DNA of 63,767 nucleotides, filler included, from Reticulomyxa filosa (lineage: Eukaryota > Protista > Foraminifera), in assembly GCA_000512085.1 (NCBI GenBank). It is 22 parts of 22 records of this genome, joined end to end, with 100 filler letters (N's around TTAATTAATTAA, not from the genome) between each part and the next. Parts side by side here need not be neighbours in the genome. Positions count along the whole stretch, not along the records: positions 44,738 to 55,571 come from ASPP01019509.1; positions 55,672 to 56,835 come from ASPP01037759.1; positions 56,936 to 61,040 come from ASPP01009032.1; positions 61,141 to 62,494 come from ASPP01008438.1; positions 62,595 to 63,767 come from ASPP01035649.1; 17 more parts are not named here. The stretch is one strand, 5' to 3'. Below, piece by piece: positions 52,806-63,767 of the stretch. Below the pieces are notes generated by a model. It did no database searches and was not told the DNA's origin. It saw only the letters and a list, made by a program, of their open reading frames with translations. A program made the position numbers and the translations under genes. The stretch's first letter is position 1. Every line of letters starts with the position of its first letter.

Positions 52806-54131
52806 ACAGAGGAAATCTAAATAATCAAAGTAATCATCCATTTGCTCGTATACTACACAACTTCCAAATTTCATGTTATTTAATCTTAGATGAAAAATTT
52901 TTTTCTATTAATCTTTAGTAGAAGCTCTTGCTTTCACATGTTTTGTGGTTTCTGGCGTAGATTGTCAATACGCTATAAACCCCTAACTAGTGGTAGAAAA
53001 TCTTTTACTCAAAAAATTTATGTTTAGATTGTTTTATTTAAAGATTTTTTTATCAAAACAATACAATTACAACTCGTTAACATATAATTTTACATGTACT
53101 CATTATCGTTAAATAATATGCTTTCTTACAAACAATTAAAATTAGGCTTATTTACAAATTTATAAAAACAGTTTATTTGCTGTTTTTCATTAGATTTCTC
53201 AACAAATGCTGTACTCGAATACCATTCCTCAATTTAGAAAATAATCGCATGTAGTAACAGATCGATCATCATAATCATTAAGAAACAATGTACGGTTGGG
53301 TGTGTATCTCACTATGATTGCAGAAATATTTTCATTACATTTGAGTTTCCTAAGCGTAGTAGTTTCATAATTTATTAAATAGCGATTTGTTGACACGTAA
53401 AAATATTTATGGTATTCTAATGTTAAAATGTATTTGTCTGCGTGTTGCTTATTTTATTCAAATTTTGTGGTTCGCCTAGAATTGTTAGAAATTGTGTGTC
53501 GTTAAGGGTCTTTTTTTGCATTGTCAAAAATTCACGTGTTTAATTGCCGAATGCAATGGAAATTGCAACTTGAAGATAGAGAGATTTCCACATTGCAAGT
53601 CTTTTGTGGACACTGAATATGTGATATTAAGGTCAAATCACCGATTTTGTTCTTCAACCCAAACATTTGAAACCACTCGGACATCCAAGCCAAGATCACA
53701 ACAAACTGCATTCAACAATGAAATCTCCGACAAGGAGATTGTTATTGCAATGCTACTTGCTTGATATCTCTTTCTCTTTTTTAGGTGTCTGCAGTCCTGT
53801 CCTACCAAAAGTAGTAACCGATTTGCTTTGGCTTAATCTGCTGCTCAAAACGTTAGTTCTTCTTTTCGTCCTTTTTCTTCGAGCAAAATGTGCTTATCTT
53901 TTCAATGAGATTCGTCCTTTCATTGAAAGCTTTTTTGCTTTTTCCATTTGTACCATAAAACACGCCGCAATATCAAACGATTGAAAGCCAGCGAATTATT
54001 TCATAAAACGTGCAAAATATCGATTTGATTGTTTTTCAATGTGCCCAAAAAAATCTTCCAAATGAAAAACAAGTGTTGAAATATTTTATAATTGGGCTCA
54101 GTTACTCTCCAATATGAATACAGAGAGGGCT

Positions 54132-55531
54132 TCATTTATGCAAATAATGAAATCTTGGACTGCGTTCCAATTCATTATCGCCAAAGTAGTTTTCTCTCCA
54201 TTGTTCAATAATGGTTTCTTTGGAAACGCCAACGCCGCATGATTCAAACGAAGATGAGGAGGAGGAGGAGGAGGAGGATTGCATGCAGCAGGCCATATCC
54301 AGACAATCGTCGTCAAATGAGCTACAATCGGTTTGAGCACGTGGAATAGTGTCATTTCTTTTGGTTTGATTGTTTCCAAATTCGTTTCTACAATCCAATT
54401 TCTTGTTGTCTCCACAAGCGCAAAAGTAGTTATCTTCAACATGGCAATCAATGTGGTTGCGCAAACACTCACATGTCTCTGGATTTAAGCAAACAGCATC
54501 CTTGTCATTGAATCGTGATAAATTTATTTCCTCCAATACGCGGATCAGTTCTTCTTTCTCCATTTCATTGAAGTCGGCTGGCAATAGTGATGAGTTCATC
54601 AATTCTGTCAAACATTTCCCATTCCAATAAATAAATTCGCGTATGACAAAACATGTTGGAGAGAGAGAGAGAGAGAGGAACACGTACAATCCGAAAAAGG
54701 AGAAAGAGGAAAAAGGAAGAGGAAAAAAGCCGGAAAGAATTGCCAAAAAGCGAACAAGTGCAAATTGGATGCACACATCAACACTTGTCTTGAGCGGGAA
54801 AACACAAGGAGGGAATGTAAAATAGAATACAATTTGGTCAGTGTCGCAAAATGTACCTAATTGCTCGACGAGTTCGCATTTGGACATCATTTTCGGTGGT
54901 TTGCAATTGCATCCACAATTGTCACGTGAGAGTCGAATCTCTTGCAAATGTTCTTCTTCTTCTCTCCTTTTCTCCATAGACAAGTCGAGAGGGAAGCATT
55001 CTTTGACGAGGTCATCTCGATCGCCACTGCTCAATCCACAATATTGGTGAATTGGTACACGGACGTCATTGCGCTCTTTTTCAAACTCGTCCACCGTGTT
55101 ACGTTCTTGCTTGACCAATTGGCCCAAATGCAAGGACGTGCCTTTCAAAGGAACACCACACGACAAATAACCCGCACGCTGTTCAAAGTACGACACTTCC
55201 ACCGATCCAAAATGGACTTTTGCGGCTCTTTTCTTTGCCATCGTTTTTCTTTTTTTTTTCTCCGTCCATTTCGTCGCTTCGCATTCAATACCAATGCCAA
55301 CATCAACATCAACATCAATGTCAATGTTAACAGCATCAGTGTCAGTATGAAAGTCGTAATGGTTATTTTTCAAAATAGGTCGCAGTGGTCTCTTTGGCAG
55401 CGATTCACTCACATGTCGACTCCAGTCTCCCCAGCCAAACGAGTTCAAATCGTATACGTACGACTGCTCGCATTGTTGTCGTCCATTCACACAGTCACAA
55501 CTAGTGCTGCTAGTAGTAACACTACTACTTC

Positions 55532-55571
<40 letters not shown>
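54132..55571 (-). CDS. CSRNP: CSRNP (cysteine/serine-rich nuclear protein, Axud1)-like protein; probable intron 54856-54605; 5' partial
   Basis: KVHFGSVEVSYFEQRAGYLSCGVPLKGTSLHLG (compare VxFxxVTVYYFxRxQGFTSVPSxGGxxLGM), EHLQEIRLSRDNCGCNC (compare ELxAIRxSREECGCxC), CLNPETCECLRNHIDCHVE...CACG...CRNEFG. Confidence 0.8.
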
Positions 55572-55769
55572 NNNNNNNNNNNNNNNNNNNNNNNNNNNNN
55601 NNNNNNNNNNNNNNNTTAATTAATTAANNNNNNNNNNNNNNNNNNNNNNNNNNNNNNNNNNNNNNNNNNNNACAATAAATAAGACAAGGAAAAAGAAAGC
55701 AAAAAATGGGCTAAAGAGTATATGGAAATAAGAAAACGGTTAAAAAAAAAAGAAAAAAAATGAAGAGAG

Positions 55770-55990
55770 GCCAACAATGATGACAATGACAGTCGTTATG
55801 ATAAAATCATTTGTGTTTGGGATATTGAAAGTAACCACAAGTTTCATCAATTCAATTAACACTAGTAGCGCTGTTGGAATTAAATTATCAACATTTAATA
55901 ATGGCCTATATTTATGTTCGCCTCACATAATAATAATTTCCGTTTATGAGACATCAAAAGATATGCGAATTGTACAATTATTCCATCATT
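55770..55990 (+). pseudogene. Heavily decayed WD40 relic
   Basis: YDKIICVWDIES...FN, then IKLSTFNNGLYLCS (compare IELSQFSGGRYLCS in 11347-12731). Confidence 0.6.
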
Positions 55991-57047
55991 GGATCGCCAA
56001 GCCAAATATTATCGAATGTATACTCATTGTGATGGATGCAGAAATTTCAAAAAACGACTATTATCCAACGCCAATGCGCATCACTCATCACAAGGGCGAT
56101 GATGGTGGAAGAACTTTGTATTTTGAAAATATCCGTCTATATAATGGCATTGGAATAGTTGAAAGAAATCGTCCTAGTTCAATCAAGGATAATCTTTATT
56201 CTTGGTAAGCTTGCTTTCGTTCGTAGTCGGGCAGCACCAACATCCTGAAAGAAATACGTGAAAATACCGTGCAAAAAAAAAACGATATCGACATTACAGT
56301 ATCGAAACAGCAGCAGCGACTGTGATTGTCTCCTGCAATGTCTAATATGGAACTATTCTTCCGATGTGGTGGCTCCAATTTGACGGACAAGTTTTGCGAT
56401 ATCCAAATCGAGATCATAAACAAATAAAAAGAGGAGGATGGTGCAGAAAAATATTATTCCAATGTCATATCATTGGATTTGTTTAAAAAGAAAAAAAAGA
56501 TCGGCTGTCAATGTTACTTGGGTTATTGCGTTTCACACACACACAAGTGGCGGTTTTGCGCGTCCTTGACACAGACTAATTTCACATAGTACGCCCTCTC
56601 AATGGAAGCTACTGGATGTTGTGTGACAATATTAAGAGCAGGTCAATGATAATGACGACAACAATGAAACATAGTTCATGTTTTCCTCTATTAATTTGTC
56701 AATTCAAGACATTGGACTGGTGTTATGTGCACCAATATTTGGGTGCCGCTGCTGTTGGTGTGCGCGGAAAAGAATTAATGTTGTTGCGTTATTTATTACA
56801 AAAAGCAACAATGTCGTGCCAATCGATAATTGGATNNNNNNNNNNNNNNNNNNNNNNNNNNNNNNNNNNNNNNNNNNNNTTAATTAATTAANNNNNNNNN
56901 NNNNNNNNNNNNNNNNNNNNNNNNNNNNNNNNNNNTGTGTGTGTGTGTGAATAACTTACGGTTTATGTATATTTTTTAAATATCTTGTTTCCCCTCCTAT
57001 CCAAATGTTCAGTCAAAAAAATAAAATGAAAATTTTTTTAAAAATAG

Positions 57048-58020
57048 GGATAACGACTTTTTATACAGTTGCAATGTACTCATACCTAAACATTGGCCAA
57101 TCGGAAAAGGTGCAAAGCGAAACGACATTGTTTGCTAGCCCTTGTGTGATCGCGGCGTTTGACTGTGCGCTGGTGATGCTAGTGGTGTCATTAGCGCTGA
57201 TATTGTCGCGATGGAAAGAAAACTACGGCGACCCCAATCAAAACGTGCTCCACAACATTGTCACCGCCTTCCACCTGCTTATGACCGATTCCAATGTGTT
57301 CTACCTGGCCGTGTTTCAATCCACTTTCGAAAGCTGCATGTACTTGTTTGTGTTCATGTGGACTCCAATCTTGGAAGAAAGTGCTTTGAATATGGTATGT
57401 GCGCATGTGCGCATGCATGTGCAATTTAATTGGAAAGGGGGTGGGAGGAGGTATGGAGTCTAAATTAACAAACCCCTTTTTTTTCAACTTTGGAGGGAGG
57501 GGAACAAAAGATGAGTGGCGAAATTCCGAAAAGTGTGGATCATGGAATGGTCTTTGCAGATTTCATGCTGTGCTGCATGTTAGGAACGAATGTGAAGAAT
57601 TGGTATATCAAACAAATGAAACAAAAAACCGACGTGGAAAACGAAGAAAAGAATGAGTGCGATGAATCTGCGACACTCTACGTAAAGTTTGCGTCATATG
57701 TTTGCCTGCTTGCTTGCGTTGCTTTGGGCACAATCTCAGTGTGCAACAGTTTTCAGGCTCGCTTATGTTGTTGTTTGCTCTTTGAATGTTGCGTTGGCAT
57801 GTATTGGCCAATTGTTAGCCATTTACGGGCTACTTTTATTCCTGATCACATCAGGGCTACCTCCATGAATCTCAGCCGCATCCCTTTAAATGTCATTGTT
57901 ATTGTCGTTTTGATTTTTGTTCACCAACTCACCTCGTTTCCCACCGTTTACACTTTTTGGTTTTGTGTTGGATTGCTCATCCTTTCTTACTTTTCTGTTT
58001 TGATGCTTGGACGAAGATAG
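57048..58020 (+). CDS. MFSD5: MFSD5/MOT2-type molybdate-anion MFS transporter, last two exons (about 57048-57393, 57511-58020)
   Basis: WKENYGD, QSTFESCMYLFVFMWTP, HGMVFADFM, FECCVGMYWP, RATSMNLSRIPLN are hallmark motifs. Confidence 0.9.
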
Positions 58021-60320
58021 TATTTTTATATCATCAAAACATGCCTTTTTTTTTCTTTTAATTTTATCTTTTTTTCCCCTGCCCGTCCCTCCAAATTTTA
58101 TTGTTTCCTATCTTATTTTGGGCTGCTGAAAAATATATACAAAATTATTGTCTTATTTTTTTCATCCAGCGTTTTTCCTTGTTAATTTCATTGATCCAAA
58201 ACAAATTTATGAATAAAAAGGCTAAAACATGTTAGAAAATACTTAAATCAAAAAAAAAAAGAAAATTAAAATTTTTATCACAATGTTTTACAAAACTTAT
58301 TCATAAACAATGAGAATGCTATTATCCGTGACCGCGCTTGTAAATGAATGTGATGTTATTATAATATTTTGAGTTTGTGTGATCGGGATATGTGTAAGTG
58401 TGTGTGATTGTTGCTCCATTGGCAACTTGTTTAGAGCTATCATTTCATTAAATATATTATTTGTAATTGGTATTGACATCCTAGTGTTTAATAATAATAA
58501 CAAATTTGTATTTTCCGAACTTCATAAACGTATTTGTATCCTAAATAAATAATATTTTTCTTTTTTGATCCGTTTGACATTTGTCAAAAAAATATTATTT
58601 TGCAAAATATTGAAATAGTTTTACGGACAAAAATTTTAAAAAATAATTTTAAAATCTGCATATGGAGTGCGATTCGTCTATAAATTTGAAAATAGTTCAA
58701 AAAATTAATGTTACAAAGTGTGAAAAATATGAATATATATTTTCATAAAAAATCAATTCGATACATTCTCTAATTAATAGACAAATTAAAAAAAAGAAAA
58801 TAAATAAAATAGGAAAAAAAAGCAAGCTTTTTAGCCGAAATTTTTAAGTTTTATTTATTAATTTTTCTTTTTTAATTTTTATTTAATTTTTGAGAAAGAT
58901 GAAAGGGTCGCCGCTTAACGGCAATATATAGCATTTCAGCATTTTTCATATATAGTTACTTTAGTTTATATACATATCTAACAACAGGCTTATCGAATGA
59001 CTTTGAAATTGTGCTATATTAGTGTTAGAAAAAAATGAATAAAGTAAATGGAAAACATTTTGTTGTCTTTATGGTCCTAACGAAAGGTAGAAGTATTGAA
59101 GAATCAAATAATAAAAATGTGTTGACAGCTTGCAATTGTTATAAACTATGATCATTATCAGCTAAGCAATGCAGCAACAATTATCATTTTGCCAGAAAAT
59201 TAAGTCAAAACAACTTTAGTCAATAGACAAATATATGTATAAATAAACGAAAATACAGTACGTTGCAAAGAAAACTGAACGCCTAAATCAATTATCATCA
59301 TAAGATATGTTTTAGGCGTTCAGTTTTCTTTGCAACATACTGTAATTAACAAGCAGAAACTTGTTATGTATTATTAACAAAGCAATTTCGGTGATGTTGG
59401 AGAGCAAGATGTTTTGATTTATATTGAATTTGCACTGAAGAACATGGACACAAACAACATCTAAAAAAGGACATAAATAAAAATAAAAATGATAATTTGT
59501 TTTTGGTGATATGTGAACATATGTTATGGTACAAGCAACGGTACCATTCATATTCGGGAGTGATTTCCTTTTTGTTACAGAATAAAAAAAGTTTTTGAAA
59601 CAATGAAAAGTATATATTACTAATATCAAAACGTCAATATTCAGATCTTCTAAAAATATTTTTAAAAAGCGAAAATGATCGACGTTTACAAAAGTTCAGT
59701 TTTTCTCGCTTTGTGTTGATATCGGTCATGATTGCATTTATGTTATAAACATAACAAATCATCTTTACTGAGCGAGGAAATAATCAAATTTTTGTCAATG
59801 TTAAGTAAAAATTGAATGAAAATTTTTTTAAAATAGCATTGTCTTGAAGTTGTGCATCTAATAAAGAACGTCTTTACAAATGTGATGTAAATCATTGTAA
59901 TCGATCTGATCATTAACGCTACAAGTTAACTGTGCAGATATTGCTCCGTTTTAAGCTGAGAAGACCTTGGAACTCAAAAGGTTTTTGTAATCGTCTGGAG
60001 CAGTAGAGTTATCTGTGCTGGGGCACTTTCTGCCGACTGAGCGGTTTTGATTAGTAATGAAATGCTATTTTGCACAATGCATTTCTATATTTATGTTTCT
60101 AAAATTCAAAATTTTCAAAATTGCCACCTTACTTTGTGTTAATCAATAAAATATCAAGACAGGTACAGAGGTTTAAATCAAAGGGAAAAAGTTGAAATAG
60201 GGAAAATAAAGTTGATGTTCTAAGGATTAGGGATAATGGCTAATGTAATGGAAACATTTTATTGATTTAATATTAATTTGGTTTCTTCAGCCACTTAAGA
60301 TCAAGTTTATAAATTAAATA

Positions 60321-60937
60321 ATGAGCAAAGTACGAAATTTCTTTGCCGGTATCTTTGGGCGAGGGAATGAAAAAGCGAAAGTACTGCTTTCAAGTGCGGA
60401 AGGGAAGCGATTTCATTCATTACTACTAGCATACATCCAAGCATTTGTTCAAGTTCATAAATCCGAAGAAGTTCAAATGGCGAACAAAGACAAAGTAAAA
60501 TCAGTGTTTGATTTGTGGAAGTTTGTATCCAATGCATTTTTTTCCCTTCCATCACAAAGAAGGTTCTAACTATTGCTTTTTCTACATCCAATGACCTTTG
60601 GAAAAAAAAAAAAAAAAAAAAAAAGTGATGAATGAAAGAGTGAGCAAACAATATCCCTTAGATGAAAGTGAAAGTGAAAGTAACAACGAAAAAGCAATAT
60701 TGAGACAGATATTGAAGTTAGCACCAAGAGTATCAACAGCAGAAATGGAAGAAGAATGCATTCAAGAAGATTTGTTGCAATTCCTGAAAATAGTATCGTA
60801 CGAATTCACAAATCAAATATTGTCAAAAGAGGAGCAAACTCGGATCCACTTTCAAGAACCACACTTGATTCTTACGTCCACCAATTCTTTTCCAAACTCG
60901 ACTGCCTTTACTGTCTTGCTGCATGCAGATCTGCCTA
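60321..60937 (+). CDS. First two exons of a hypothetical protein (about 60321-60563, 60662-60937)
   Basis: ATG 60321, donor after SQRR, acceptor CCCTTAG at 60661, second donor GTTG after DLPK; poly-A introns. Confidence 0.55.
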
Positions 60938-61008
60938 AGTTGATTTTTTTATTTATTTATTTTTTTTCATTCGATTCAAACCAATAAACAGTCAAACGAA
61001 TACATTTC

Positions 61009-61040
<32 letters not shown>

Positions 61041-63767
61041 NNNNNNNNNNNNNNNNNNNNNNNNNNNNNNNNNNNNNNNNNNNNTTAATTAATTAANNNN
61101 NNNNNNNNNNNNNNNNNNNNNNNNNNNNNNNNNNNNNNNNGCAACGAGGGCAAAAATTGCAAAAGGTGCAACCAGTACCAAAAGGGTAAAAAAAATTATT
61201 AAAAAAAATAAAATAATAATAATAATAATAATAGCCGGATCAAATCGCGATTATCGATCCATTCCACTCCCAGTCAATCCAACGAATCCATTAATAACGC
61301 AATGCCAACCTATTTTCACAAAAAAAAGTGCTCGATGGATTTAGTAATGTACAGAAAGTAAAACATTGTATGCATAAAAATAACTTGGGATACGGAGTGA
61401 TACTGCAGAAACGACCGTCGTCAGCCGAATAAATGTGGGCGCAAATAGCATCGTCGTCTCTTCACACTTTGTTGACACAGCCATCACCGGCCGGCAACAC
61501 CAAGTGGATGAGACATTGTTTTTAATGCCCATCCTCAGATGGACACTACCATACCGGTCCTGCAAACTGTTGATTGTCGGTGATGCATCCGGGCAAACCT
61601 TTGTCATGACGTGGCCGTGGTTTGCCGCAATCTACCGACGCGCCCTGCACGCATCGTTGCGATGATACATCGCTATTATAATTAGCGCATTGGTGCGCTA
61701 ACGGCTGACTGACTCCTTTTTTGCTTCAGCCCACCACCAAACGACCAATCCATATCTGCAGCAAAATAACCCTGACCATACTTCCATTATCACCATATAA
61801 CCACCAATTCCACCACAATCACGAAGATATTATGATTTATACTTGACTACTATGACTAGACGACTACGATCTTCAACACACGAATCGACTCCTGTCTCTA
61901 TTTGAAGTAATATTTCGACTCCAAACTTCCAAGCTTCAAAAAACAAAAGAAAATGTGTTTATTTAACTTTTTTCGAACAAATGCGACGCAAATATCAATA
62001 TTAATCTCGCCACCACTAACGCCAAACGTAAACGACAAAACGAACTGTTCGGAAAAAGGGAATGAAATGTTCAGTTCGATTTTTTATTTTATAGAAAAGT
62101 TACATTTTCTTGATGCTTTCAATTCAAATAATTTTATTACTTTCCCTACAGAATCTCTATATTTTATTGTAAGAACTTTTTCATAAAGGAATAGTTTGAC
62201 AAGTAAAAAATTGAACAATCTTTTGTATTAATTCAAACGCGTTTCAGTAACTGTTTCAATAATTTCTAAGTCGAAAACAAAGTGAAAATTAAACAAACTT
62301 TCATTCATAAAATTTAATGCATAAGACCGAGTTTGACAAATGTAAAAAAATGCTATTATAGCAGAAGTGTGTCAAGCATGAAGAAGTAAATAGTGGTAAT
62401 GAACAGCAAATAAATATTTGAACATTGCATTTACATATTTAAGATTTTATTTCATCCTCAACTTTTGTTTGCATTTTGAGTATGTACGCTGAATNNNNNN
62501 NNNNNNNNNNNNNNNNNNNNNNNNNNNNNNNNNNNNNNTTAATTAATTAANNNNNNNNNNNNNNNNNNNNNNNNNNNNNNNNNNNNNNNNNNNNTTATTT
62601 TATAAACAATAAAATTATCAATTGATTGAAGAAGCATTACAGTTAACAGTACATTCTTGAGTTAGTTAATGAGAAAAAAGAAATACTTGAAATATGATAT
62701 ATGATTTATTGGAGAAAAATTTATTTCATTTAATTTAATCAAAAAATCAAATCAGCGAAAAATTTTTTACTGAAAGACAGTCTATCCCCAAATACGAATA
62801 GGGCCATTATTTGAACCATAGCACAAACTAATACCACAACTATCATTATTTCTTTTTGAGTAATTCAGGTGCAAACAAAATATTTCAAGCATGAAGACAG
62901 TAGCGGCTGTATGGAATAGTAACATAAATAATAACAAGTAACTGAATGAACAAAAACAAAAGAACTAAAATAATTGATAACAATTTTGTCAAAATTATAG
63001 ATCTATCCTAATTAAATTTTTAATTTCCAAATACAATTTTCAACGATGATTTGAATCTCTTCTTCTGGCTGATTCAATCATGAACCACACAATAAATGTT
63101 AAACACAATTAACAAAAATTGAAATACCTACTGCGTTAAAACCTCAAAGGTAGTCATTCTTTCAGCACCTCTTAATTTTTGGCTATTAAAATTTTATTAG
63201 ACACAGAATAAAACTTTTTTCTCAATAAAAAAGTTACAAAAAAACTTTAACATAAAAAACTTAAAACGATTGCTTCAAGACTATTTTGTTAAATGAATAC
63301 TGCCAACAATTCAAAATAAACACTCATTAATTTCTTTAATTGATGTCACCATCATGTTTATTCAATTTTCAAAAAAAACCGCATTATTTAAACAATCTTT
63401 AAAAAAAAAATTCACGACATGTAATAAACTAAAAAAAAAGTGCTAAACTTTATCACAGTTATTTGCGAAACAAGTTTTTTTTTCCACTTTTATATACGTA
63501 TACATATATACATATATATGTATATGTTTATGTATACGTGTGCATATATGAAAAGGGGACAATATTTTAATGATAATGAAATGATGGACATCATTGGAGA
63601 GGTACTACGTAGAAAAAACGAGACAGAACTCTCTCTGACATCAATTCATGCCCCTTTTTCAATGCAATACCGTGTGACATTCCAATGTTTGTTGTATGAT
63701 TGCCAAATGCAATGGAGTTTTGTCTATATTCATTATGAGTAACTCCATTCACTGGCCTGTTGCTTAC

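Overview
This is not one continuous locus. It is 22 short contigs joined by 21 identical 100-bp artificial spacers (N44-TTAATTAATTAA-N44). Nearly all of it is AT-rich, intron-containing protist DNA. The gene families (expanded Kelch-like and WD40 propellers, degenerate RING/TRAF zinc-finger proteins, frameshifted HEAT-like repeats, many pseudogenes, microsatellite-rich introns) closely resemble the foraminiferan Reticulomyxa filosa; this taxonomic call is pattern recognition, not a database result. One contig (30935-32114) is GC-rich bacterial DNA with two coupled glycosyltransferase genes, and another (43144-44637) is a spacer-less palindrome. Recognisable genes: an eIF2-alpha-kinase-like C-terminus, a Furry/Tao3-like scaffold, a PTS2-bearing peroxisomal thiolase, an MFSD5-like transporter, a CSRNP-like protein, a very divergent F1-ATPase alpha-like gene, an ATCase pseudogene and a decayed Tc1/mariner transposase with a dispersed TIR family. 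The most striking signal is missing from the ORF track: a conserved 33-36-codon exon (consensus about xEIxIIIQxWIRxLNIKLGWIxDFDKLVxNY), always in phase 0, occurs at least 7 times. It sits after a Kelch-like propeller, before a WD40 propeller, or between the two. I interpret it as an exon-shuffled adaptor module, possibly an F-box/SOCS/BC-box analogue, for a large and fast-turning-over propeller receptor repertoire.
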